From an uncultured Chloroflexia bacterium (GTDB lineage: Bacteria > Chloroflexota > Limnocylindria > Limnocylindrales > CSP1-4), in assembly GCA_963766735.1 (NCBI GenBank), contig CAVYBU010000007.1:32001-96000 (forward strand): a stretch of 64,000 nucleotides of DNA, read 5' to 3'. The notes beneath the pieces are model-generated. The model ran no database searches. It was not told where the DNA came from and was given only the letters and a program-made list of their open reading frames with translations. Of this stretch, positions 42,447-52,347 are shown piece by piece; within the stretch, counting starts at the first letter, position 1, and every line of letters starts with the position of its first letter. The position numbers and the translations under genes are program-made.

Positions 42447-43120
42447 TGCAGCGCGGGTCTGGGCGGATTGCCATGACCGCCCTCCTCCTTCTCCTGGGCT
42501 TCCTCGTCGTGGTCCAGCTGCGCTCCCAGACCACGGATCAGGGCCTCGCGGAATTGTCCGTCCAGGAGCTCACCGAGCTGGTGGCCAACGTCACGACGCG
42601 CAACAACCAGCTCCGGCAGGAGATTGGGACCCTCGAACGACAGCACTCGAGTGTCGCCGCGGCCGTGGATCGCGGCGACACGTCGGCCGTCCAGATGCGC
42701 TCGGACCTTGACCGGGTCCTCGGCTGGTCGGGGGTGCTCGGGGTCTCCGGCCCAGGCGTCCGTGTCGTGGTGGAGGGACCGGTACCGGGCGACGCCGTGG
42801 AGCTGTTGCTCAACGAGCTTCGCAACGCCGGGGCGGAGGCGATCGCGATCGGCGACGTTCGCGTCGTTCCCGGCGTGGTCGTGTTCGGACCCGCTGACGC
42901 TCTCGTCGCCGCCGGGATCCCGCTTGCTGGGCCGCTCGAGATCCTGGCGACCGGCCAGCCGGAATCCCTGGCAGGCTCGCTCGCTCGTACCGGCGGGCCC
43001 ATCGCGCAACTTGCCGCGCGGTATCCGGACGTCAGGATCACGGTCAACGATGCCGATCTCGTGGAGATCCCCCCGACGGATCGCGATCTGAACCCTGCGC
43101 TCGGCCAACCACGGCTCTGA
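42446..43120 (+). CDS. DUF881 family protein
   Basis: TM, coiled coil, [19 protein letters not shown]. Confidence 0.85.
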   Translation: MQRGSGRIAMTALLLLLGFLVVVQLRSQTTDQGLAELSVQELTELVANVTTRNNQLRQEIGTLERQHSSVAAAVDRGDTSAVQMRSDLDRVLGWSGVLGVSGPGVRVVVEGPVPGDAVELLLNELRNAGAEAIAIGDVRVVPGVVVFGPADALVAAGIPLAGPLEILATGQPESLAGSLARTGGPIAQLAARYPDVRITVNDADLVEIPPTDRDLNPALGQPRL

Positions 43121-43151
43121 TCGCCGGACGCCCTCTGCTACCCTCGCCCCA

Positions 43152-43391
43152 ATGACCGGCCACCCCGTGCTCGAGCTCTTCCTGGGCGATGTCGTCCGCC
43201 TCCGGAAACGCCACCCATGCGGCGGCGAGACCTGGCTGGTGGACCGCCTCGGCGCCGACATCGGCCTGCGCTGTGAGACCTGCGGCCGCCGCGTCCTGGT
43301 GACGCGGCCGGCCCTCGAGCGGCGCATCGCGGGCTTCAACCGGCGCGGCGATCCCGCCCTCAGCGCGGCTGTGGGTCCGGTGCGCGCGTGA
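43152..43391 (+). CDS. DUF951 family protein
   Basis: [29 protein letters not shown]. Confidence 0.9.
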   Translation: MTGHPVLELFLGDVVRLRKRHPCGGETWLVDRLGADIGLRCETCGRRVLVTRPALERRIAGFNRRGDPALSAAVGPVRA

Positions 43392-45028
43392 CGCAGGAGC
43401 CGGCCGGCGTGCTGACGGAGGTCGACGGCCTCGACGAGCCGCTGGAGTCGGCGGGCGCCCTCGACGTCTTCCGGAACCGGCCGTTCCTGCTGCTCTGGCT
43501 CAGCCAGCTGTTCACGCAGATCGGCGGCAACATGGTCCTCTACGGCCTGACCGTCATCGTCCTCGTGACCACGGGCTCCAATACTGTCGTGAGCCTGCTG
43601 ATCCTCACGTTCCTGGTCCCGGCCGTGCTGTTCTCGGCCGTCGCCGGCGTCTACGTCGACCGCCTGGACAAGCGCCACGTGCTGGTGGGGACCAACGTGC
43701 TGCGCGCGGCGTTGTTCGGGATGCTGTGGTTGGCAGGTGACTTCCTGCCCGTCCTCCTGCTGCTCAACGCGCTGATCTCGACGGTGACGGTCTTCTTCGC
43801 ACCGGCCGAGGCATCGATGATCCCGCAGCTCGTGCCCCGCCGCCAGCTGGTCGCCGCGAACGGCATCTTCACCCTCACCCTGAACGCGGCCTTTGCCGTC
43901 GGCTACGCGCTGATGGGTTCGCTGGTGGTGACCCTGGTCGGCGCCCAGGGTCTCATCGTCGTGGTCGCGGTGTTCTACCTGGTGGCCGCCCTGTTCTGCT
44001 GGTGGCTGCCGCCGTCCCCGCCCGTGCGCTATGCCGGCGCGGAAGAGGACCAGGGTGTGATCGACCCGGACGCCGAGGAGGCGATGGGCTCGGTGGTCGG
44101 TCAGCTCCGCGAGGGCGTCGGCTTCATTCGCGAGAACCGGGCGATCAGCTGGTCTCTGCTGTACCTCGGGATCGCCGCCTCGCTCGTCGGGGTGCTGGGC
44201 GTCCTGGGACCGAAGTTCGCGACAGACTCGCTCGGCCTCGAGTACAAGGACTTCGTCGTCGTCGTCCTGCCGCTCGGGTTCGGCATCGTGACCGGGATCC
44301 TGCTGCTCAACTCCTTCGGCCACCTGTTTCCACGCCGCCGGATCATCGAAGGCGGGCTGATCGCCCTGGGCATCTTCGTGCTGCTGATCGTGGCGGCCGG
44401 ACCCATCTCGAGGGTCCTGCAGAACGCGGAGCGCGCGACCGGGCTCGCCACGGCACTCGCCGATTTCACGTCGCTCCTGTCAGTCGTCGTCTTCATCGCG
44501 CTGCTTGCCGGCATGGCCTACGCATGTGTCGCCATTCCTTCCCAGACCCAGTTGCAGGAGGACATCCCGGAGGACGCTCGAGGACGCGTGTTCGGCGTGT
44601 TGAACATGCTGGTCTCCGTGGCGAGCTTCCTTCCGATCATCATCCTCGGATCGATGTCCGACGTGGTCGGGACGCCGAACGTCCTCATCGTCGTGGCGAT
44701 CGCCATTACGACCGCCGGGATCGTCTCGATCGTCCGGCGTGGACCGCTCAGCGCGGCGGAGGCTCGCGCGACGGCACATGGCCCCGCATCACCTGCCGGC
44801 CTGGACCCGGTGGCCGTCGCGACCGCGTCGGAGCTGCTGGACGCCGACGAGAGAAGGGACGCCGACGAGAGAAGGGCAGCCGATGCCCGGGCCCGCGCGG
44901 AGGTCGCCGAGGCCGCTGAGGCTGCGGACCCTGCTGGGCCTGCGGACCCGACCGAGCAAGATGAGCCTGGTGCCGGGGGCCGCGAGGAGCGCGAAGCTGC
45001 GGCAGGCGGTCCCGCGGAAGGCGAATGA
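43388..45028 (+). CDS. MFS transporter
   Basis: [21 protein letters not shown] motif A, RGRVFG; about 12 TMs; acidic tail. Confidence 0.9.
   Translation: MTQEPAGVLTEVDGLDEPLESAGALDVFRNRPFLLLWLSQLFTQIGGNMVLYGLTVIVLVTTGSNTVVSLLILTFLVPAVLFSAVAGVYVDRLDKRHVLVGTNVLRAALFGMLWLAGDFLPVLLLLNALISTVTVFFAPAEASMIPQLVPRRQLVAANGIFTLTLNAAFAVGYALMGSLVVTLVGAQGLIVVVAVFYLVAALFCWWLPPSPPVRYAGAEEDQGVIDPDAEEAMGSVVGQLREGVGFIRENRAISWSLLYLGIAASLVGVLGVLGPKFATDSLGLEYKDFVVVVLPLGFGIVTGILLLNSFGHLFPRRRIIEGGLIALGIFVLLIVAAGPISRVLQNAERATGLATALADFTSLLSVVVFIALLAGMAYACVAIPSQTQLQEDIPEDARGRVFGVLNMLVSVASFLPIIILGSMSDVVGTPNVLIVVAIAITTAGIVSIVRRGPLSAAEARATAHGPASPAGLDPVAVATASELLDADERRDADERRAADARARAEVAEAAEAADPAGPADPTEQDEPGAGGREEREAAAGGPAEGE
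44840..44875 (+). repeat. Exact 18-bp tandem duplication (DADERR twice)
   Basis: gacgccgacgagagaagg occurs twice in the MFS C-terminal tail. Confidence 0.85.
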
Positions 45029-46683
45029 ACGTGGCGAGGGCCGATCTGCTCGTCACGGGGCGGATCGCGACCTTTGCGGGTGACGAGGGGCCTGGTTGGG
45101 CCGGGGCCGTGGCGATCGCCGGTGGACGGGTTGTCGCCGCGGGGTCCGGGGCTGACGTCGAAGGGCTGGTGGGCTCCCACACGCGGCGACTGGTGTTGGG
45201 GCCGGACGACGTGGCGGTTCCCGGGCTGACCGACGCACACATCCACCTGGCGGAGGCGGCCCTGGCGCGGCTCCGCGTCAACCTGGACGACACCCGATCA
45301 ATCGGCACGATCCTCGAGCGCGTTCACGAGGCCTCGGTCGGTTCGCCGGACCCGGCTGCCTGGATCGAGGGCGCGGGCTGGGATGCGGACCTGCTGGAGC
45401 GTTGGCCGACGGCAGCCGACCTCGAGCGTGCGGCTCCGGGGCGACTCGTCGTCCTCTGGGCCCACGACCACCACGCGCTGCTGGTCAGCGAGAGGGCTCT
45501 GACGGAGGCTGGGATCGACGGCGATCGTGGCGACCCCGACGGTGGCGTGATCAGGCGTGACGGCGACGGACATGCGACCGGGGTGCTGCACGAGACCGCG
45601 GCGAGGCTCGTCGCCGGACGGGTTCCCGCGCCATCGGGCGCCCGTGTCTCGGCGGCGCTGGTCCCGCTGATCCGGGAGCTCGTCGGGCTGGGCGTCGTGG
45701 CCGCACACGATCCTGGTGGGCTCGCCGAGCGGGACGATCTCCGGGGTCCCTTCGAGGCGTATCGAGGGCTGGCTGCGCTGGGCGAGCTCGGCATGCGCGT
45801 TCACCCGTGCCTGCGCCCGGAGCAACTGGACGCGGCCGAGGCCGAAGGCCTGCGGAGCGGACAACCGCTTGGCCCGGACCCCCTGGACCGCCTGCGGCTG
45901 GGATGGCTCAAGACCTTCGCAGACGGATCGCTCGGGTCACGGACGGCCGCGCTGCTGGAACCGTTGGAGCACCTGCCCGGGGAGCCGGAGCCCCCCAACG
46001 GTGGCTACGGTGTCTGGCTGGTCCCACCTGACGAGCTCCGGGTCCAGGCGGCGCGTGCCGCGGCGCTCGGGATCACCACCCAGATCCATGGGATCGGCGA
46101 CGCGGCGGTCCGGGCCGCGCTGGACGCGCTTGCGCCGACGGTGGGCCGTACGGCCCTGGTGCCTCGGGTGGAGCACACGCAGCTGGTCGGCGACGCGGAC
46201 ATCCCGCGGTTCGTCGCCCTGGGAATCGCCGCGTCGATGCAGCCGGTCCACGTCCGGTCCGACGCGGAGAAGGCACGGCGTCTGTGGGGACCCCGCGCGG
46301 ATGCCCGGGGATATGCCCTCAGGGCGCTCGCGGCCACTGGCGCGCTGATCCCGTTCGGAACCGATGCGCCCGTGGAGCCGGTTGACCCGTGGCCGGGGAT
46401 CGCATGCGCGGTGACTCGATCCGCGCCGTCCTGGCCGGTGGGCACACTCCCCTTCGGCCCGGAGAACCGGCTGGACCTGTGGCGAGCCCTTCGTGCCGCA
46501 TGCCTGGACCCGGCCCTCAGCGCGGGCGAGCGGGATCGCGGCCGGCTGGTGGCGGGGCATCGCGCGGACCTGGTGGTGCTGCCGGCGGCGGCGATTCGCG
46601 AGCCGGTCGAGGTGGATGGGGCGCTCTGGAACGCGAGGCCGCGGCTGGTGCTGATGGATGGCGAGGTCGTCTCCGGCGCCTGA
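45025..46683 (+). CDS. Amidohydrolase 3 (YtcJ-like)
   Basis: PGLTDAHIH, KTFADGSLGSRTA, HGIGD, RVEH, FGTDAPV. Confidence 0.9.
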   Translation: MNVARADLLVTGRIATFAGDEGPGWAGAVAIAGGRVVAAGSGADVEGLVGSHTRRLVLGPDDVAVPGLTDAHIHLAEAALARLRVNLDDTRSIGTILERVHEASVGSPDPAAWIEGAGWDADLLERWPTAADLERAAPGRLVVLWAHDHHALLVSERALTEAGIDGDRGDPDGGVIRRDGDGHATGVLHETAARLVAGRVPAPSGARVSAALVPLIRELVGLGVVAAHDPGGLAERDDLRGPFEAYRGLAALGELGMRVHPCLRPEQLDAAEAEGLRSGQPLGPDPLDRLRLGWLKTFADGSLGSRTAALLEPLEHLPGEPEPPNGGYGVWLVPPDELRVQAARAAALGITTQIHGIGDAAVRAALDALAPTVGRTALVPRVEHTQLVGDADIPRFVALGIAASMQPVHVRSDAEKARRLWGPRADARGYALRALAATGALIPFGTDAPVEPVDPWPGIACAVTRSAPSWPVGTLPFGPENRLDLWRALRAACLDPALSAGERDRGRLVAGHRADLVVLPAAAIREPVEVDGALWNARPRLVLMDGEVVSGA

Positions 46684-46705
46684 CGGACGACGCTGTCGAT
46701 CCCTG

Positions 46706-47521
46706 TCAGCCGGCGGCGGCAGCCGCACCGCGTTGGCGGCGTGCCTCGTAGAGCAGGACCGCGGCGGTGATCGACACGTTCAGGCTGTCGGCCACGCCCA
46801 GCATCGGGAGGTTGACCGGGATGACCGAGGGGCCGGTCCACACCGTGCTGAGGCCATCCGCCTCGCTGCCCAGGACCAGCGCGAGCGGTCCCCGCAGGTC
46901 CACGTCGGTGTAGGGCGCGTCCGCGTCAACCCGGGCGACCACCAGGTGGATGCCACGCGCGGCGAGGTGGTCGTGGACGGCGTTGCTCGATCCGGAGGCC
47001 ATCGGGACCGCGAAGATCGTCCCGAGCGATGCGCGGATGGCGTTCGGGTTGAAGAGGTCGGTGCGAGGGTCCGCGGCGATGACGGCATCGGCACCCGCGG
47101 CATCGGCCGTCCGCAGCACCGCGCCCAGGTTTCCGGGCTTCTCGATGCCCTCGACGACCACGACCAGCGGTTCCGCCGGGAGGCCGAGGCCCGAGAGAAG
47201 CAGGTCCGGGACGCGGACGACGGCAACGAGTCCCTCGGCGCGATCGCCATAGGCCAGGCGGTCCAGCACGGTGTCGGAGACCGGCGTCACGATCGCACCA
47301 CCGCGCCGCGCCTCGTCGACGGCAGACGCACCCTCGTACCCCAGCCGGTCTTCATTCACGAAGATCTCGGCCACGTCCGCGCCGCCCGCGAGAGCCCGGG
47401 CGAGCTCGCGAACCCCGTCCAGCAGCGTCAGGCCCGCCTGGTCACGCGCACGACGGTCGCGCAGGGCCGCGGCGGCCCGGATGCGAGGGTTCCTCGTGCT
47501 GGTGATCGCGGCGTCGGTCAT
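46706..47521 (-). CDS. TrmH/SpoU family RNA methyltransferase
   Basis: ITSTRNPRI, EKPGNLGAVLRTA, LGSEADGL, SLNVS. Confidence 0.92.
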   Translation of the reverse strand: MTDAAITSTRNPRIRAAAALRDRRARDQAGLTLLDGVRELARALAGGADVAEIFVNEDRLGYEGASAVDEARRGGAIVTPVSDTVLDRLAYGDRAEGLVAVVRVPDLLLSGLGLPAEPLVVVVEGIEKPGNLGAVLRTADAAGADAVIAADPRTDLFNPNAIRASLGTIFAVPMASGSSNAVHDHLAARGIHLVVARVDADAPYTDVDLRGPLALVLGSEADGLSTVWTGPSVIPVNLPMLGVADSLNVSITAAVLLYEARRQRGAAAAAG

Positions 47522-47548
47522 CGCGGGATCCTCGCAGGCGTGGCCGCG

Positions 47549-48370
47549 TCAGCGGACCGGGCTGTGGGCCCAGGCCCCGAGCGGCAGGCGCGACCCGGCT
47601 CGGCTGTCGAGGGTCAGGGCCTCGCCGGTCGCCGGCACGCCGAAGTGCTCGCGGACGAGCGCCCCGAGTCGGTCCGCGTCGTAGCCTGGGGTGTGGGCGC
47701 TGAGCAGCACGAGCGAGGGGCGTGGCCCGACCAGGGCGGCCAGATCAGTCAGGAGCGGGCCCAGGTGGTCCTCGATCTGCCAGACACCCTCGCCGTGACC
47801 GTACGTGGGCGGATCCAGGACCACGCCGTCATACCGCCGGCCGCGGCGTCGTTCGCGCTTGACAAAGACCCGGGCATCGTCGATGAGCCAGCGGACCGGC
47901 TTGTCCGTCAGCCCGGACAGCTCCGCGTTGTGGCGGGCCCACGCGACGGCGGGTCGCGACGAGTCCACGTGCGCGACGCGGGCACCCGCCCGGGCGCACG
48001 CCAGCGTGGCTCCACCCGTGTAGCCGAAGAGCGAGAGAACCTCCGGCGGGCGGCCGAGGCTCGCCAGCGCTGAACCCACGACCCGCTCAAGCCAGGTCCA
48101 TGTGCCGGCATGCTCGGGGAAGACGCCCAGCTGGCCACCCGCCGCGGGACGGCACTCGAGGGTCAGCCCGCCGACCTGGACCGTCCATGGATCGAGGGCG
48201 GCACCGCGGACCCAGGCGCCCTTGCCCCACTTGAAGCTCGAGCGCTTCCACTCATCGGCAGGCAGCCGCTGGATCCAGTCTGCCGTCGGTGCGGGTCGGT
48301 CGACGATGGCCGCGCCGAATCGCTCCAGGCGCCGGCCGCCGCCACAGTCGAGAAGCTCGAGATCCGCCAC
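47549..48370 (-). CDS. Class I SAM methyltransferase (RlmI/RlmK-like)
   Basis: LLDCGGGRRLERFG, GVFPEH, LSLFGYTGG, VLDPPTYG; GTG start assumed. Confidence 0.8.
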   Translation of the reverse strand: MADLELLDCGGGRRLERFGAAIVDRPAPTADWIQRLPADEWKRSSFKWGKGAWVRGAALDPWTVQVGGLTLECRPAAGGQLGVFPEHAGTWTWLERVVGSALASLGRPPEVLSLFGYTGGATLACARAGARVAHVDSSRPAVAWARHNAELSGLTDKPVRWLIDDARVFVKRERRRGRRYDGVVLDPPTYGHGEGVWQIEDHLGPLLTDLAALVGPRPSLVLLSAHTPGYDADRLGALVREHFGVPATGEALTLDSRAGSRLPLGAWAHSPVR

Positions 48371-48490
48371 GGCCCCATGGTCGCACGCATCGGCGATGGT
48401 TGGCACGAATTGCGGGTGCAACGGTGTCCACGACCGGGAGGTGGTGGCCGACACAGCGATCACCACCCGGGTCTCCCTCTCCGCGGTTCG

Positions 48491-48499
48491 TGGTATCTT
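48491..48499 (+). promoter_or_regulatory. Extended -10 promoter candidate for tRNA-Val
   Basis: TGgTATCTT 9 nt upstream of the tRNA 5' end. Confidence 0.55.
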
Positions 48500-48508
48500 C
48501 CCGGCCGA

Positions 48509-48585
48509 GGGCGATTGGCGCAGTTGGTTAGCGCGCATGCTTGACATGCATGAGGTCACTGGTTCGAATCCAGTATCGCCCACCA
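48509..48585 (+). tRNA. tRNA-Val(GAC)
   Basis: Acceptor gggcgat/atcgccc, anticodon arm catgc-ttGACat-gcatg, T-loop ggttcgaatcc, encoded CCA. Confidence 0.97.
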
Positions 48586-48602
48586 TCCCCGGCCCTTGGG
48601 TC

Positions 48603-48846
48603 GAGGCATAGCGCGTCGAGCGGGACGCGCCCCACCGGGACGTCGCCAGAGAGCGGGTGCCATCGGCTGCAAGCCCCGCAGACTCGACCGGTGGCGGCAC
48701 CACCCGCGAGCGGCCGGTGAACCGGCCCGGGATCCGCCCGTTAGCGCGGCACGAGCGCACGTCGCCTGGCACCGGTGGCGTGAAGGCGGGTGGAACCGCG
48801 GGAGGTCGAACCTCTCGTCCTGTCAGGACGAGAGGTTCTGTGTTTC
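48603..48846 (+). promoter_or_regulatory. T-box riboswitch (Thr) with intrinsic terminator
   Basis: AGAGAG (48648) and GCTG (48666) stem I motifs, ACC specifier near 48699-48704, T-box aaggcgggtggaaccgcg, terminator hairpin 48808-48838 plus tgtgttt. Confidence 0.9.
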
Positions 48847-48861
48847 TCGGGAGCGTTGACG

Positions 48862-50716
48862 ATGGCTGAGGACAAGGCAGGAGCGGCGGTTGCCGCCGAC
48901 GAGGATGAGATCGCGTTCGATGCCCCGGAGCGGGGCTCGGCGGACGAGCTGCTCGACGCGGGCGCCCACGCGCCCATCGACGCCATGCGGCACAGCACGG
49001 CGCACGTGATGGCCGAGGCCGTCCTGACGCTGTTCCCGGGCGCAAAGCTCGGGATCGGGCCGGCGATCGACAACGGCTTCTACTACGACTTCGAGCTGCC
49101 GCGCCCGCTCACGCCGGATGACCTCGCCGCCATCGAAGCCGGGATGCAGGGGAGCGTCGCCGCGGACCACGCCTTCGTGCGGCGCGAGGTCGCGTTCGAC
49201 GAGGGCCGCGCCATCGAGGAGTCGGATGGCCAGGGCTTCAAGGTTGAGATCCTGGACGACCTCGCGAGCAAGGCGGCCGACGCGGCCGAGCCCCTGCCGC
49301 CGGTCACGTTCTACGAGCACGGCCCATTCCGCGACCTGTGCAAGGGCCCACACGTGGGGTCGACCGGCCACATCGGCCCGTTCAAGCTCCTGGCGGTCGC
49401 GGGTGCCTACTGGCGCGGGGACGAGAAGCGGCCGATGCTCCAGCGGATCTACGGCACCGTCTGGGAGACGCAGGACGAGCTGGACCTGTACCTGACCCGC
49501 CGCGAGGAGGCGAAGAAGCGCGACCACCGCAAGCTCGGCGCGCAGCTCGACCTGTACAGCTTCCACGACGTGTCGCCCGGGTCCGCGTTCTGGCATCCAA
49601 AGGGCCAGCGGATCTGGCGAACGCTGGAGACCGCGATGCGCGACCTGCAGGAACGCCGCGGATACGAGGAAGTGTCCACGCCGATCCTCGTCTCCGAGAC
49701 GGCTGTGGCGCCAGTCCGGGCACTGGGACCACTACGCGGACAACATGTTCATCGTCGAATCGGAGGGGCAGAAGTTCAGCCTCAAGCCGATGAACTGCCC
49801 TGAGTCCACGTATATCTACCGGAGCCACCTGCGCTCCTACCGCGACCTGCCGCTGCGTTTCAACGAGTACGGCCGGCTCCACCGCAACGAGCGCTCCGGC
49901 GCGCTCTCCGGCCTGACACGGGTGCGCCAGTTCATCCAGGACGACGCCCACGTCTACGTGCGTCCGGACCAGCTGAGCGAGGAGATCGAGGCCCTGGTCG
50001 GTGAGGTCCGCGAGGCATTCGGATGGTTCGGGCTCAACCCGCGATTCGCGTTCGCCACGCGGCCCGACAAGGCGATCGGCGATCCTGCCCTGTGGGAGAT
50101 GGCCGAGCGCCTGATCAAGGAGGCCCTCGACCGAACCGGCGGCGACTACGTCGTGAAGCCCAAGGACGGCACGTTCTACGCACCCAAGATCGACATCTAC
50201 ATCGACGACGCGCTCGGTCGGGAATGGCAGATGGCCACGATCCAGGTTGACCTCACGATGCTGCCGGAGCGGTTCGACCTGACGTACATCGACGAGGACG
50301 GGCAGCCGAAGCGCCCGATGGCCATCCACCGGGCGATCTACGGCTCGCTGGAGCGGTTCATCGGGATCCTGGTGGAGCACTTCGCCGGGGCGTTCCCGCT
50401 CTGGATCGCGCCCGTGCAGGCGGTGGTCATCCCGATCGCCGATCGCCACGTGGACGCCGCGCGGGAGCTCGCCTCCGAGCTGCGCGCCGCGGGCGTGCGG
50501 TTCGTGGAGGTGGACGCATCCGACAACCGGATGCAGAACAAGATCCGTCTGGCCCAGGGTCAGAAGGTCCCGTACATGCTTATCCTCGGCGACCGCGAAG
50601 TGGAGGCCAGGACAGCGTCCATTCGCAGCCGCGACGGATCGCAGGAGCAGGGCGTTTCCTGGACGGACCTGGCCGTGCGCCTCGGTGACGAGATCCGGGA
50701 GCGGAGCCTGGGGTAG
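48862..50716 (+). CDS. thrS: Threonine--tRNA ligase (one extra base near 49699, probably a sequencing error)
   Basis: RHSTAH, DLCKGPH, RDHRKLG, then after the shift SGHWDHY, KPMNCP, HRAIYGSLERF. Confidence 0.95.
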
Positions 50717-50825
50717 GGGAGGATGATCGCCGGAGCAGGCGTATCGGGGGGCTGACGGGCCCGACCGGGCGCCGGACGGGGAGGCCCCGTACCCCTCCCG
50801 TTCGTTGCGGGCGTTCGAACCCCTG

Positions 50826-50834
50826 TGCTATCCT
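50826..50834 (+). promoter_or_regulatory. Extended -10 promoter candidate for infC-rpmI-rplT
   Basis: TGcTATCCT about 70 nt upstream of the infC start. Confidence 0.5.
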
Positions 50835-50906
50835 CCCGCGGCGATTGCGCACGATATTTTGGTGTGCGCCGCAGTGCCCAAGTCATTCGAGCAGAGGGAC
50901 CACGCC

Positions 50907-51672
50907 ATCAGTCGAGACCTGCGCATCAACCAGATGATCCGTGTCCCCCAGGTCCGGGTCCTCGACGAAGATGGCTCACAGCTCGGTGTCATGGCGACGC
51001 CGCAGGCCATGGAAATGGCACAGGAGCGGGGTCTCGATCTCGTCGAGGTCGCTCCCACGGCAGCCCCACCGGTTGTCAAGTTCCTCGACTATGGCCAGTA
51101 CAAGTACGAGCTGACCAAGCGCGAGAAAGAGGCGAAGCGCAAGCAGCGCTCGGTGGAGTTCAAGGAAGTCCGCCTCTCGCCCAAGATCGGTATCGGCGAT
51201 TTCGAGACCAAGGTTCATCGCGCAATCGAGTTCCTCGAGGATGGCGACCGGATCAAGGTCACCGTCCGCTTCCGCGGCCGGGAGCTCACACATCCCGAAA
51301 TCGGGAGGGCACTCCTTGCCAAGTTCGGCGAGGAGGTCAAGGAGCACGGGACCGTAGACCGGACGCCGGCACTCGAAGGCAAGTCCATGTTCATGACCCT
51401 GCTCTCGGTCCACAAGCCGAAGGTCCACGAGCACCGCAACCCGGCGACGACAGCCAAGGCGCCGACAGCCGAGGCGCGACAGCCGAGGCGCGACAGCGGA
51501 CGCACCAACACCCGACGCACCAACACCCGACGCACCAACACCGAAGGCCAACAAGCCGACGGTCAAGGCAGACACCGCACCTGATAGCCCGGCCGCCGTT
51601 CCGGCCGAAGCCCCGTCCAACCCGACGCCCACCGCCCCGCCGGCGGCCGAGGCGGCGCCAGCAGGAGAGTGA
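50907..51672 (+). CDS. infC: Translation initiation factor IF-3 with ATC start and Ala/Pro/Thr-rich tail (as written the ORF stops at 51584; restored frame ends at 51672)
   Basis: RINQMIR, LDLVEVAP, DYGQYKYE, KEVRLSP, FRGRE; no in-frame ATG/GTG between the GAGGG RBS and the conserved start. Confidence 0.92.
51499..51543 (+). repeat. Three 15-bp tandem units (DAPTP) in the IF-3 tail
   Basis: gacgcaccaacacc(c/g) occurs three times. Confidence 0.85.
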
Positions 51673-51679
51673 GGCCAGC

Positions 51680-51877
51680 GTGCCGAAGATGAAGACCCAC
51701 AAGGGGACCCAGAAGCGAGTCGGGGTCACCGGCAGTGGGAAGTTCGTTCGCGTGAAGTCCTGGCGTGGACATCATCTCGAGCTCAAGTCGTCGCGCCGCA
51801 CGCGTCGCTACGCGGGCAAGGCGGTCGTCGGCCCCGAGCACCAGGAGCAGCTGCGCCGCCTGCTGCCGTACCTTTAG
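51680..51877 (+). CDS. rpmI: 50S ribosomal protein L35
   Basis: MPKMKTHKG..TGSGK..RRLLPYL, 65 aa, between infC and rplT. Confidence 0.95.
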   Translation: MPKMKTHKGTQKRVGVTGSGKFVRVKSWRGHHLELKSSRRTRRYAGKAVVGPEHQEQLRRLLPYL

Positions 51878-51886
51878 GAGCAAGCG

Positions 51887-52237
51887 ATGGCACGCGTCAA
51901 GCGGGGCGTCACGTCCCACAAGCGCCACAAGCGCCTGCTCAATGCCTCTGAAGGCCGGACCGGCACGAACCGCAAGCTGGTCAAGAGGGCGCACGAGGCC
52001 CAGCTGCATGCGCTCGCGTACGCAACCCGGGACCGCAAGCAGCGCAAGCGCGACATGCGCCGGCTGTGGATCATCCGGATCAACGCAGCTGCACGCATGA
52101 ACGGCATCACCTACGGGCATTTCATCAACGGCCTCAGGAAGGCCCACGTCGAGATCGATCGGAAGATCCTGGCCGACCTCGCCGTGCGTGACGCCGCGAC
52201 CTTCGGCAAGATCGCCGAGGTCGCCCGCGGCGCCTGA
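51887..52237 (+). CDS. rplT: 50S ribosomal protein L20
   Basis: [38 protein letters not shown]. Confidence 0.97.
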   Translation: MARVKRGVTSHKRHKRLLNASEGRTGTNRKLVKRAHEAQLHALAYATRDRKQRKRDMRRLWIIRINAAARMNGITYGHFINGLRKAHVEIDRKILADLAVRDAATFGKIAEVARGA

Positions 52238-52347
52238 CCTTCTCGGTCGCCCCGCCCGGACCCTCGACGTCCTCGACGCTCGGGGGTTCGTGATTCACGG
52301 GGCCTGGGCAGCCCACTGGAACCCGCATCGGACCCGGAACCCTGCTG

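Noticed and set aside
52238-52347. T-box upstream of pheS (and likewise upstream of tyrS)
   Set aside because: Too short and no GGTGGNACCGCG consensus; only a weak hairpin after rplT.
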